A stretch of DNA of 64,000 bases from an uncultured Actinomycetes bacterium (lineage in GTDB: Bacteria; Actinomycetota; Thermoleophilia; Solirubrobacterales; 70-9). Each line of letters starts with the position of its first letter. Position 1 is the first letter of the stretch. The translations under genes were made by a program, and so were the position numbers. The notes below the pieces were generated by a model. The model was not told where the DNA came from, ran no database searches, and was given only the letters and a program-made list of their open reading frames with translations. This document shows positions 50,366 to 59,614 of the stretch, in pieces. Where the stretch lies: assembly GCA_963734405.1 (NCBI GenBank), contig CAVTGX010000004.1, positions 101,761-165,760 on the forward strand, given 5' to 3'.

Positions 50366-53046
50366 GTGCATGAAGGGCGACGGATCGCTCCGATCCGCGG
50401 CCGATGCTGGCGATCTTCGCCGGTGCTCGTGGCCGCCGCCCTCTGGAGCGCCGTGTCGAGCATCCGCGTCGATCAGCTCCTCGCCTCCGCGGCGTCGCTC
50501 GCGCCCTTCGCTCTCGGCGCCCTCGCTATCGCCTCCGCGCTGGCTACACAGCGCTTCCTCGCCACGCGCCGCACGCTTGCGACGCGCGCCGCTGCGTCGC
50601 GGTCGTGCCGGCCGACGAGTTCGACGCGAAGCCCGAGGCCGTCCTGCGCTTCGCCGCCGAGCTGGCCGCGGGCCGATCGCAGCGTGCGCGGCTGGCTCGA
50701 TCGCCGCGCCAGCGCGCTGCGGGTGCAGCTGACCAACGACGCGCGAGGGCCGTCTCGTCTACCTGCTCGAAGTGCCGGACCGCTCGCGCGAGCTGCTGCG
50801 CACGGCGCTGCGCGGCTACGAGGGAGTCGAGCTGCGCGATGCCGCAGAGGTGCTGCGCCGAGCACGAGCAGGCCCGGCGAGACGTCAGTGCTGCGCACCG
50901 AGCTGATCCTGGCCCGCGCCGAGCGTCGAGCCGCTGGCCCGGCTCGACCTCGAGCCCGATCCGCTTGCAGCCCTTCGCCGCGGCGATGGCCTCGCTTCGC
51001 ACCGCAAGACGGCGAGCGCGTCAACGCGTCTGCGTCGACCTGCTGCCGGCAGCGGCGGCGCGCGCCGCTCGCGGCTGCGGCGCCGCCTGAAGCGGCAGGC
51101 GCGGCGGCTACACGGCGAACGGCGCAGCTTGATGGAGGTGCTCGAACGGCGAGCGCCGCCGCGGCACCGCCGACCCCGCCGAGCTGTTCGAGCGCCGCCT
51201 GGTCGGCGCAGGCTCTCGACGCGAAGCTGCGCGATTCCGGCCCGCTCTTCGAGGCGCAGATCCTGCTCCGCTGCGCAGGCCGACCGAGCGCCGCTGCGCA
51301 AAGGTCGCGATGCAGCAGCCTGCTCGCCGCCTTCGAGCCGTTCGCCGCGCAGCAACTGGCTGCGCGCCGTCCGGACTCGGGATCGGCGACGTCGTCTTCT
51401 TCGGCTCCGACTTCCCGACTGCGACGGCGGGGCTTCGACCGCCGCCTCTCCACCGGCCTCTTCCGTCCGGCGCGGCGTAGCGATCCTCACCGCTCGCGAG
51501 GTGGCCGGCTTCCTGAAGCCGCCGACCGTCCACTGCCTCGGCGAGAACGTGTTGCGCTCGGGCACGCTGCTGCCGGCGCCGCCCGAAGCTGCCGACCTTC
51601 GAGAAGGCCAAGGACGACCTGATCCCGCTCGGCCGGGTCGGCGGGGAGGCGCGGCGAGCGGGTCGTCGGGGTCCGCACCGCCGACACCTTCTTCTCCTAC
51701 GTCGCCGGACGCACCCGCTACGGCAAGACCGAGACGGCGATCGCCCAGTTCGTCCACCTGGTCCGCTCGGGCCACGGCGGCCTCTTCCTCGATCCCCACG
51801 GCGACGCCCTGGAGCGGATCAGGCCCTATCTGGACGACGCCGACATCGCCCGGCGGGTGGTCGAGATCGACCTCGGCCCGGCGCGGCTGGAAGCCTGCCC
51901 GGCTGGAACCTCTTCGAGCTGAGCGGCGGCGAGAGCGACGGCAGCCGAGGCGCGGGTCGAGGCGATCGTCGACGCCTTCGCCTCGACCCTGCAATGGGGC
52001 GAGCAGAGCACCCGCGCGATCAACCTGACCACGCAGGCGGCCGCGGCGCTGGCGAGGATCGCCGCCGGTCGCTGCCGCCCGAGCTGGCGCCGACGATCTT
52101 CCAGCTCCCCACCCTGCTCTCCGACGAGCGCTGGCGCGCGCGCCGTCCTGCCCTTCCTGCCGAAGGCCTCGCAGCGCTTCTGGATCGACCGCTTCCCGCT
52201 GCTCGCCGCAAGAGGCGATCACGCCGGTCACCAACCTGGTCGACCGCCTGCGGCACTCGACCCCGATCAGCGCCGCTGCTCGGCCAGAGCCAGAGCACCT
52301 ACCGGGTGCGCGAGGCGATGGACAGCGGGCGAGATCGTCCTCGCCTGCCCAGGCTCGGGCGGCACCCGCGAGCGGCTGCTCGCCAACCTGCTCCTCTTCG
52401 ACCTGCTGCACGCGGCGCGCAGCGAGGTCCGAGCTCGCGCCCGCTGCGCGCAAGCCCTTCTGGGTCTTCCTCGACGAGGTCCAGAGCTACGACGGCGCCG
52501 CCTCGGGCAACCTCGCCGCGCTGCTGGAGCAGAGCGCCAAGTTCGGGCTGCGCGCGGTGCGTGCTGAACCAGAACCCCGAGCGGCTGAACCCGCAGACGT
52601 TGAACGCGCTCGACGACCAACCGCTCGCACCTGCTCGCCACCGCGCTCAACTCCCACGCCGCCGCCCTGCTCACCAAGGAGTGGGGCGGGCCAGCCCGAC
52701 CCGGCGGCGCTGACCAAGCTCGGCGCGCTACCGCTTCGTCGCCCAGGTCACCCACCACGGCGAGCTGAGCAAGCCCTTCGCGCTCGGCGGGGATCAGGGT
52801 CGAGGACGTTCTCGGAGCGCCGGCAGCTCGCGACCGGTGCGCCGGCAGGCGTAGCCGCGACCCGGATGCGAGGTCGGCGAGGTGATCGCCCACCTCGAGA
52901 CGCTCGACGACCGCATCCTCGCCGCGCTCGACGGAGCTGACGGCGCAAGCCGGACGCCGCCGAACGAGTCGACGCCGGCAGGCGAAGGATGGCGCGGCCC
53001 GCTCGGTTCCGCTTTGGGCGCCAACGGGGAGGGCGGGCCACCGTGA
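50366..53046 (+). pseudogene. Conjugative coupling-protein-like P-loop ATPase (TraD/TraG/VirD4-type), with many frame breaks
   Basis: Pieced from three plus frames: an N-terminal hydrophobic segment (VLVAAALWSAVSS..LAPFALGALAIASALA), Walker A FFSYVAGRTRYGKTE, LFLDPHGDALERI, Walker B-like FWVFLDEVQSY, LNQNPERLNPQTLNAL. At least 6 frame switches are needed. The ends are approximate. Confidence 0.45.
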
Positions 53047-53070
53047 GCGATCCGCCACCCTCCGATCGGC

Positions 53071-53929
53071 GTGCCGGAGACGGGGATCGAGGTCATCGCC
53101 TCGCTCGCCCAGCACCGCGTCCTCTCCGCCGCGCAGGTCCGGGCCATCCACCTCCCCGATCGGCAGCTACGCGCTGGGCGCAGAAGGTGCTCGTCCCGAC
53201 TCGGCGAGGCCGGCCTCGCCGGCTACGTCGAGACTCGCCCACGGCTCGCCGCGCCGGCTCTGGCACGTCACCGAGCGCGGCGCTCGACTGGCGCGCGAGG
53301 CCGGCGTGCTTGGACGGCGAGCCGCGGCTGATCGGCGCCGAGGACGCAGCCGGGCCGCTTCAGGCGCACACGCTCGCGGTCAACGACGCCGCGATCTGCT
53401 TCCTCGCGCCGCGCGCGAGCGCGGCGACGAGTTCGGCCCGTTCGCCTGGCGCCACGAGGTCTCCCACCCGCTCACCTACGGCCGCGGTCGGCGGCGGCGC
53501 GCGCTGATCGCCGACGCCGTCTTCACCTATCTGCGGCTCGACCGCGACGGGGTCGCGATCGAGCAGCGCTTCTTCGAGCTCGACCGCGCCACCCTCTCGG
53601 TCGATCGCCTCGCCGCCGAGCTGGCTCGCTACGCAGAGCTGTACCGGCTGGCCGGCGAGGACGGTGAGCCGCTGTGGCGCCTGCGCTATCCGGTCTTCCC
53701 GCCGGTCCATTGCGTGCTCGCCGGGGGAAGCCGAGCCGTGCTGGAGCGCCGCCGCTCGACCGCCATCGCCCTGATGCGAAGCGATCCCCAGCTCGCCCGC
53801 GCGCCGGAGGTGGCGATCTCCTTCTGCCTATTTGAGGATCTGCAAGCCAAAGGCCCGTTCGCCCCGATCTTCCGCGACTTCCGCAACCCCGACCAGCCGA
53901 TCGACTGGCTTGGAGCCAACGCCGCTTGA
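53071..53929 (+). CDS. Replication-relaxation family protein (Replic_Relax-like); 2-3 frame breaks
   Basis: IEVIASLAQHRVLSAAQVRAIH..LGEAGLAGYVE..LQAHTLAVNDAAICF..ALIADAVFTYL..FFELDRATLSVDRLAAELARY..VFPPVHCVL. Confidence 0.55.
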
Positions 53930-54162
53930 GACCACGGGCGAATGGAGCTAAACGTGTCGGGCAGAGTCAGCGGCGGCCCAGCCATGACCGGCGCGACGCT
54001 ACACCGGTCGGCGACCTGAAGGCCAGCATGTCGATCGAGCAGGCGCAACCCGGATCTGCGCTGGACGATCAGCTTCGACGCGAGCAAGCCAAGGCGATCT
54101 TCGACCTGCTTCTGGCGCATCGTCGGAAAAAGGTGACAGAAAAGGTCAGAGATTAAATTGCT

Positions 54163-54774
54163 ATGATCCTAGTTATGTCTGACGTGGATCACGACGGACT
54201 CTATTACGTGGCCGAGGCGCAGGCCGGGTACTTCACCGCTCCGCAGGCGATCGCGGCGCGCATGGACCACAGCACCCTGGCCCACCATGCCCGGCCCGGG
54301 GGGCGATATCTGCGAATCCGGCGAGGGCTCTACAGGCTGCGGCACTTCCCGCCCAGCCCCTACGAGCACGTAATGGCGGCGTGGCTTCCGCTGCGCGATG
54401 CGGGGGCGGTTGTCTCGCACGAGAGCGCCCTCGAACTGCACGATCTCTCCGACGTGAACCCCGACGCCGTTCACCTCTCGCTGCCCCGCTCGGAGCGAGG
54501 GCAGCGCGCCCGCCCCGGCGTTCAACTGCACACGTTGAACGATCCGCCGAAAAAGTCAGAGGTCTGCGAGATCGCCGGCCTGCCGGTGACGCAACCGGAG
54601 CGCACGATCGTCGATGCGCTCGCAACGGGCACCCAGCCCGAGCAAATCCAGATGGCGATCCGCCAGGCCCTGGAGCGAGGGATCGCCACGCCGCGGCGAC
54701 TGCGCACGGCGGCGGCGCGCAGCTCAGCCCGGGTCGGCAAGTTCATCGAGCGCAGCTTGGAGGAAGCGAAATGA
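54163..54774 (+). CDS. AbiEi-type (type IV TA) antitoxin-like transcriptional regulator, no adjacent AbiEii
   Basis: GYFTAPQA..YLRIRRGLYRL..VVSHESALELHDLSDVNPDAVHLSLP matches the AbiEi_4/AbiEi N-terminal domain pattern. Confidence 0.6.
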   Translation: MILVMSDVDHDGLYYVAEAQAGYFTAPQAIAARMDHSTLAHHARPGGRYLRIRRGLYRLRHFPPSPYEHVMAAWLPLRDAGAVVSHESALELHDLSDVNPDAVHLSLPRSERGQRARPGVQLHTLNDPPKKSEVCEIAGLPVTQPERTIVDALATGTQPEQIQMAIRQALERGIATPRRLRTAAARSSARVGKFIERSLEEAK

Positions 54775-54794
54775 GCTTTCCGGCTTTCGCTACT

Positions 54795-55190
54795 TCAAAG
54801 CTCGGCCGGCGATACGACGAAGCCGAGCCGGTCTGCGCCTCGACGCAGGGCGCCGTCGAGCGTCACCAGCCGACAACCGAGAATCTGGGCCAGCGCGACG
54901 TACTCGGCGTCGTAGGTCCTGCCCCAGCCGAACTGCTCGGCGATCTTCCAGGCCGTCCGTCCAAGCTCGGGCTCATCGACGCGACGAACCGGGCAGCCTT
55001 CGAGGCGCTCGTGCTGGACCTTGGCCTGCTCGGCACTGACCTTTCCGTTCAGCAGCCCGAGGTGCATGGTCGAGCGGGCCTCCGACCACATCAGCGCCGG
55101 GGCGACGAGATCATTGTCGCCCAAAGACTTGAAGCCCTCGGCGCTGCCGACCGAGGCAATCGTGACCGTGGCATCGACGACGAGGGTCAA
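54795..55190 (-). CDS. vapC: PIN-domain toxin (VapC-like)
   Basis: LVVDATV (first acidic residue), YDAEYVALA, LVTLDGAL. There is a 4-nt overlap with the upstream small gene. Confidence 0.7.
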   Translation of the reverse strand: MTLVVDATVTIASVGSAEGFKSLGDNDLVAPALMWSEARSTMHLGLLNGKVSAEQAKVQHERLEGCPVRRVDEPELGRTAWKIAEQFGWGRTYDAEYVALAQILGCRLVTLDGALRRGADRLGFVVSPAEL

Positions 55191-55390
55191 CGCCGACCGC
55201 TACGAGCCTCGTGCAGCAGCGCCACCCAGTTCGGCTGCGGCGTGCCGTCCTCGAAGGTCTTCCACGCCTCCGGCAGCCCGACGATGTCGTCCTCGGCTTC
55301 AGGCTCATCGACCACGATGATCCTCGCCCTCGGAACCTGGGGCTCGCTCAGCTTGTCGACCTCACGGTGCAGCTGGTCACGCGTTGCCAT
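55187..55390 (-). CDS. Small antitoxin partner of the PIN toxin
   Basis: MATRDQLHREVDKLSEPQVPRARIIVVD... is about 68 aa and overlaps the vapC start. The ORF-track start at 55435 is probably over-extended. Confidence 0.5.
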   Translation of the reverse strand: MATRDQLHREVDKLSEPQVPRARIIVVDEPEAEDDIVGLPEAWKTFEDGTPQPNWVALLHEARSGRR

Positions 55391-55444
55391 GCCCACCAGT
55401 TTACCGGCCATTCCAGCCGTTCCCACCGACTCCACGAGGAGGCC

Positions 55445-57145
55445 ATGATGCGCAAGTTCGCCTGGTACGGACGCCTATCGACCAAGGACAAGCAGGACCC
55501 GACGATCTCCTTTCCCTCCCAGCGCAACGAGTGCGCCGAGAAGGCCGAGGAGCTGGGTGGCCGGATCGTCTGCGACTTCACCGACCAGGAGGCCGGGCGC
55601 CGCGACGATCGGGTCGGTTGGAGCGAGCTGGTCCGCGAGGCCAAGGAGCCAGACGCACGGCGCTTCGACGCAGTGATCGTCTACTCCACCTCGCGCCTCA
55701 GCCGCGAGCTGTTCCACGCCCTCGCCTACGAGCGCGAGCTGGCCCGGGCCGGTGTCGAGGTCTTCTACGCCCGCAGCGCCGGGGATCAGACCAGCCCCGA
55801 GGGTCGGCTGATCCGCCACATGTTCCAGGCTCTCGACCAGTTCGAGGTCGAGAAGCTGGGCCGCGAGGTGCGGCGCGGCCAGACCGAGAACACCCGCCAG
55901 GGATACCGCAACGGCGGTCGCGCGCCCTACGGATACCGACTGCGGCACGAGGCCCATCCCGATCCGCGCCGAGCCCGCGCCGGAGACACGAAGTCGCGGC
56001 TGGCCCGCGACCCCGAGCAGGCGCCGGTGATCGTCGAGATGTTCCAGCGCTTCCTCTCCGGCTCGGGCTACAAGGAGATCGCCGACCACCTCAACCGCCC
56101 CGGCGGCCCTCCCCCGCCCCGCCACGTCGACTCCAAGCGCAACACGTCGGGAAAGTGGTCGAAGACGACGATCCGCTCGATCCTCGAAAACCACGTCTAC
56201 ACCGGCCGCCTCTACTGGAACCGGCTCGACTTCCGCGCCGTCAAGCAGGGCGATGGGCCACTGGTGCGACGCAGCCCCGAGGAGTGGGTCGAGGCCGACC
56301 AGCGCCATGAGGCGCTGGTCTCCGAGAAGGACTTCGAGCGGGTGCAGGCAGAGATGAAGGCGCGCAGCACCGGCCAAGGCGGCAACCGCCGCCGCTACAC
56401 CCAGAACCGCTTCTACCAGCTGCGCGGCATCGTCCATTGCGCGACTGGCCACAACCCGCTGCGGATGCACGGCAAGCACCGCAAGACCAGCACCTACTAC
56501 GCCTGCGGCTACCGGCTCTCCTACGGCGACACCGCCGCCGAGGCCACCGGCCACGGCAAATGGCAGTACGTCCGCGAGGACAGCCTGCTGACGCTGATCG
56601 ACGCCTTCTTCGCCACGCGGGTCTTCGGCGCCGATCGCCTCGCGCACTTCCGCAAGCAGAGCTCGACCCTGGAGGCGGAACTACAGAGCAAAGACGGCGC
56701 CGAGCGGGAGCGTGCGGGCCGGCAGCTCGGCGAGGTCGAGCAACGGATCGAGCGCCAGCTCGCCGCGATCGAGGCTGGGGTCGATCCAGCCCTCGTTGGC
56801 GAGCGAATCCGCGCCCTGAAATCCGAGCGCCAGGAAGTCGAGGCGGCGATAGCCGAGCTCGACCACGCACAGCGGAACGGCGACAGTTTCGACCCCGACG
56901 AAGCCGTCGCGATCATCGATGCCCTGCCCGACCTATCCAAGGCGCTGGCGGAAGCCGATCCCGAGCTGCGGCGGGCGGTGTTCGAGGCATTCCGGCTGCG
57001 TGTCGAGATCGACCGCAACAGCGGCCTAATACGACTGAAGGCGCTCGTATCGAGCGCCTTCAGTCAAGTAAAGGACCTGAGCGAGCTTTGCTCTACTAAG
57101 GCCATAGCGGGGGCGGGATTCGAACCTGCGACCTTCGGGTTATGA
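55445..57145 (+). CDS. Large serine recombinase (integrase)
   Basis: GAGGAGG RBS plus ATG. Resolvase domain with the catalytic Ser (AWYGRLSTKDKQ), VIVYSTSRLSRE, recombinase domain (GGRAPYGYRL), Cys-rich zinc ribbon (VHCATGH..YYACGYR) and a C-terminal coiled coil. The last 13 codons read through an antisense tRNA T-arm (AGAGFEPATFGL). Confidence 0.85.
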   Translation: MMRKFAWYGRLSTKDKQDPTISFPSQRNECAEKAEELGGRIVCDFTDQEAGRRDDRVGWSELVREAKEPDARRFDAVIVYSTSRLSRELFHALAYERELARAGVEVFYARSAGDQTSPEGRLIRHMFQALDQFEVEKLGREVRRGQTENTRQGYRNGGRAPYGYRLRHEAHPDPRRARAGDTKSRLARDPEQAPVIVEMFQRFLSGSGYKEIADHLNRPGGPPPPRHVDSKRNTSGKWSKTTIRSILENHVYTGRLYWNRLDFRAVKQGDGPLVRRSPEEWVEADQRHEALVSEKDFERVQAEMKARSTGQGGNRRRYTQNRFYQLRGIVHCATGHNPLRMHGKHRKTSTYYACGYRLSYGDTAAEATGHGKWQYVREDSLLTLIDAFFATRVFGADRLAHFRKQSSTLEAELQSKDGAERERAGRQLGEVEQRIERQLAAIEAGVDPALVGERIRALKSERQEVEAAIAELDHAQRNGDSFDPDEAVAIIDALPDLSKALAEADPELRRAVFEAFRLRVEIDRNSGLIRLKALVSSAFSQVKDLSELCSTKAIAGAGFEPATFGL

Positions 57146-57264
57146 GCACGGCCCGCAGGTTCGGCTGGACTACGTAGAGCGCGTTCTAGAGCGGTTTTGC
57201 GAGATCGAACTACGCTGGGATCGGCTTGAATCCGTGGGGGACGTTGCCCCATTTGTTTCCCCAG
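57105..57264 (-). repeat. Copy 1 of a ~160-bp module: 3' half of initiator tRNA (anticodon loop to acceptor end) plus a conserved arm
   Basis: The minus strand reads CTCATAACCCGAAGGTCGCAGGTTCGAATCCCGCCCCCGCTA. The CTCATAACCCGAAGGTCG string is identical to E. coli tRNA-fMet. There is no matching D-arm or 5' acceptor strand upstream. The module is alignable with 59328..59487. Confidence 0.7.
57235..57258 (+). terminator. Hairpin plus T-tract downstream of the recombinase gene (part of the repeated module)
   Basis: TGGGGGA-cgt-TGCCCCA followed by TTTGTTT. The cleaner counterpart TGGGGCA-tgt-TGCCCCA-TTTGTT is at 59459..59481. Confidence 0.3.
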
Positions 57265-57279
57265 TGGCCCACCTACCCG

Positions 57280-57672
57280 CTAACCGAGGCCGCCCGCAAT
57301 CGAGACGCCAGGGAGCTCGGCAAAGCCGTCTTGGTCCAAGCTCGCGACCTGCCGCTCCCGAGCTCGCGCCGTCGCAGCGATGATGAGGTCGTGGGCGCCG
57401 CGCGGCGTTCCAGTCCGCCGGACGTGTGCCAGCAGAGCGGCGTGGGCCTCGGCCACGCCGAGGTCGTAGACCTCGACTGAGACGGCGTCTAGAATCGCCG
57501 CGACAAAGCGCTCGCGTTTCTCCCGCCTGCGCCCCTTCGCCAGCTGAACGCCGACCCTCAGCTCCGCCACGGTGATCGCCGCCACCGCGACGTCGTCGCC
57601 GTCGTCGACCGCCTCTTCCAGTGCACCACCGCCGCGCTCGGCGTCGACCAAGACCGTCGTGTCGAGGATCAG
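57280..57672 (-). CDS. vapC: PIN-domain toxin (VapC-like); N-terminus lacks a canonical start codon
   Basis: (L)ILDTTVLVDAERG..ITVAELRVGV..AHDLIIAATA..VASLDQDGF. The conserved ILDT lies upstream of the ORF-track TTG start. CTGA overlaps the antitoxin stop. Confidence 0.65.
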   Translation of the reverse strand: MILDTTVLVDAERGGGALEEAVDDGDDVAVAAITVAELRVGVQLAKGRRREKRERFVAAILDAVSVEVYDLGVAEAHAALLAHVRRTGTPRGAHDLIIAATARARERQVASLDQDGFAELPGVSIAGGLG

Positions 57673-57920
57673 TCGCGCCAGGGGTCCATCACGGGCTCCA
57701 TGCCCTCGCGAAGCTCCCGCAGCTCGTCCGCCCAGGCAGCGTCAGGCCGGTTGGCGCGAAGCGCCTCCTTGAGCGCCTTCCCGGTCCCGCCACTCGCGGG
57801 ACCGATGGTCGCCACCGCACGACCGTGGCGGACAACCACGTAGGACTCCCCGCCGCGCTCCACGTCGTCCAAGACCTCCGAGAACCGGCGGGAGGCATCG
57901 GTCGCGCTCAATTGCTTCAT
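57669..57920 (-). CDS. Phd/YefM-type antitoxin
   Basis: MKQLSATDASRRFSEVLDDVERGGESYVVVRHGRAVATIGP is a typical Phd/YefM N-terminal fold signature. Confidence 0.7.
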   Translation of the reverse strand: MKQLSATDASRRFSEVLDDVERGGESYVVVRHGRAVATIGPASGGTGKALKEALRANRPDAAWADELRELREGMEPVMDPWRD

Positions 57921-57967
57921 GAAATCAGATTATCAGATCCTGCCGGCCCGACGCCGAGCAAGGAGTG

Positions 57968-59218
57968 CTAGATCCGCTTGATAAGCCTGATCGCTCTGGT
58001 TTGAACGCTGGGATCCCCGCCGGTCGGGGTGAAGATGACCTTGGCAGTGACCTTGACCTGCCCGGTACGACTCAGTAGGCGCCCCGAGCTGCTTTTTGCC
58101 CTGACCGGGAGCCTCACCGTCCCAGATACCCCCGGCGAAAGCCGTCTCGCGAGAAGACCTTTTCCGGCCAGAGACAGTGTTCCGGGCCCAGGGATCTCGG
58201 TTAGCAAGACTCCGGTCCCCTTGTGCTTGTTTCGAATCAGCTTGCCGATACGAAAGGCATTGGAGGGCTTTGCCGGCGGGTCGAGAGCGGTGATCACGAC
58301 CCTGGCGGGATCGGTACGTTCGATCGCGAACAGGACATTGGTCGCGGAGAGAGACGCGAAGCTCGACCCACCACCACCACCGCCGGCCGCACACCCGTTG
58401 GCGCTTCCGCCGGCACCGCCGCCGAAGTAGCCGCCGCCACCCCCGCCGCCCGGCTGAGTGTTGGATCCGGTGGTTCCAGCCGCGCCACCTTGTCCCGGCG
58501 CACCGGGACCGCCCGCGGGTGCGTTGCCAGAGCCGCCGTTGCCGCCCGCTCCCCCCGCCGTCTGCGTGCCCGCCATCCCTCCACCGCCCGGGGTGCTGCC
58601 ACCGCAGGATATGAGCGTCGCGCCCAAGAGGCCGTCTTGCCCGGCGTCGCCTCCCTTGCCACCCATCGACGAGGGGTCTTCACCCGCCCCAAAGGACCCA
58701 CCGCCTCCTCCGCCTCCAGCGACGAAGAGTCGCGAGGCCAGGGTATTTGGCGCACCTTCACAGGTGGCCGCTTGCCTGGAACAGGTTCTGATGTCGGTTG
58801 CCCCGCCACCGCCACCGCCGGGCTTTTCGCGCGTGCCTTCGTTGGAGCCTCCACCCCCGTTGAACCCGCCAGCACCGGTGCCGCCGAGCACGCCATCGAC
58901 GCCGGACCCGCCGACCTCGACGAAGAGGGTCTGCCCGGGCGTGACGGGCAGGACGGCCTCCACTCGACTACCGAAGCCCCCAGCTCCGCCAAGCTCCGGG
59001 GGCTGACCGGTGCCGCTCCCACCCCTCGCGCCCACCGCCTCCACATGGATCGAGTGGACGCCGGCTGGGACGAGATAGGCCTGCTCGGCGCCGGTAAAGC
59101 CAAAGGTCTGCGCCGACGCAGGTTGCGTGCCGGCGATCAAGAGGGCCAGAGTCAGCCCCGAGATCGATTTGAAGGGATGCATCGGTAGCAATACGGCGGG
59201 TAGCACCCGCGGGTTCAT
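57968..59218 (-). CDS. Secreted glycine-rich-domain protein
   Basis: Signal peptide (MHPFKSISGLTLALLIAGTQPASA, alternative start 59182). FGFTGAEQAYLVPAGVHSIHVEAVGARGGSG is followed by long GGxGG tracts and a C-terminal beta-rich tail. Confidence 0.65.
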   Translation of the reverse strand: MNPRVLPAVLLPMHPFKSISGLTLALLIAGTQPASAQTFGFTGAEQAYLVPAGVHSIHVEAVGARGGSGTGQPPELGGAGGFGSRVEAVLPVTPGQTLFVEVGGSGVDGVLGGTGAGGFNGGGGSNEGTREKPGGGGGGATDIRTCSRQAATCEGAPNTLASRLFVAGGGGGGGSFGAGEDPSSMGGKGGDAGQDGLLGATLISCGGSTPGGGGMAGTQTAGGAGGNGGSGNAPAGGPGAPGQGGAAGTTGSNTQPGGGGGGGYFGGGAGGSANGCAAGGGGGGSSFASLSATNVLFAIERTDPARVVITALDPPAKPSNAFRIGKLIRNKHKGTGVLLTEIPGPGTLSLAGKGLLARRLSPGVSGTVRLPVRAKSSSGRLLSRTGQVKVTAKVIFTPTGGDPSVQTRAIRLIKRI

Positions 59219-59327
59219 GCTCGACCGAAGGCGGCGTCGGGTCCGAGCTTCCCGTCGACTGCCTCGCCAAGCCCCATCGCGTCCCCTCGAAGCACGAAAG
59301 CCCCACGATTTGCAGGGCATTTGTGAT

Positions 59328-59487
<160 letters not shown>

Positions 59488-59614
59488 GGAGCGGTCGGCG
59501 CTTACGCCGCCCATCTTCAGCCTCCAGCGGGCCTCTGCCGAGGGGTCTCGACTTCTTCGGCATTGGGGATCATCCACCGATCCGTCCAGGGCCCGGTTCC
59601 ACGAGGATGTGCGC

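Larger units (their letters stand above)
49942..57146. mobile_element. Core of an integrative, mobilisable or conjugative element (iteron-like repeats, coupling ATPase, Replic_Relax, AbiEi, VapBC, serine recombinase). It may extend left to about 40.1 kb and carry the 41-50 kb cargo.
   Basis: Gene content is as listed. The right end coincides with a 3' half of an initiator-tRNA-like sequence. The left end is not defined. Confidence 0.45.

Noticed and set aside
53926-54156. 76-aa ORF (or 42 aa from the internal Met at 54028) between the Replic_Relax and AbiEi genes, as a possible excisionase or small regulator
   Set aside because: There is no recognisable HTH or Xis motif, the start is uncertain and the ORF is short. 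It is not supportable from sequence alone.
55211-55444. 78-aa N-terminal extension of the serine recombinase ORF, and the C-terminal AGAGFEPATFGL tail as functional sequence
   Set aside because: The extension overlaps the divergent antitoxin gene. A strong GAGGAGG RBS precedes the ATG at 55445, after which the resolvase domain begins immediately. The tail is an antisense read-through of the tRNA T-arm.
57105-57180. Calling the tRNA-like sequences (here and at 59328..59405) as intact tRNA-Met/fMet genes
   Set aside because: Only the anticodon loop, variable loop, T-arm and 3' acceptor strand are present. The sequence 5' of CTCATAA cannot pair with CCCGA. No 5' acceptor strand complementary to CCCCGCT or CCCCCGG lies at tRNA distance.
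58380-58900. Repetitive GGN/CCN-rich DNA that might look like a tandem repeat or CRISPR-like array
   Set aside because: It is the coding sequence of the glycine tracts of the secreted glycine-rich protein (minus strand). It has no regular repeat-spacer periodicity. No CRISPR array is visible anywhere in the window.
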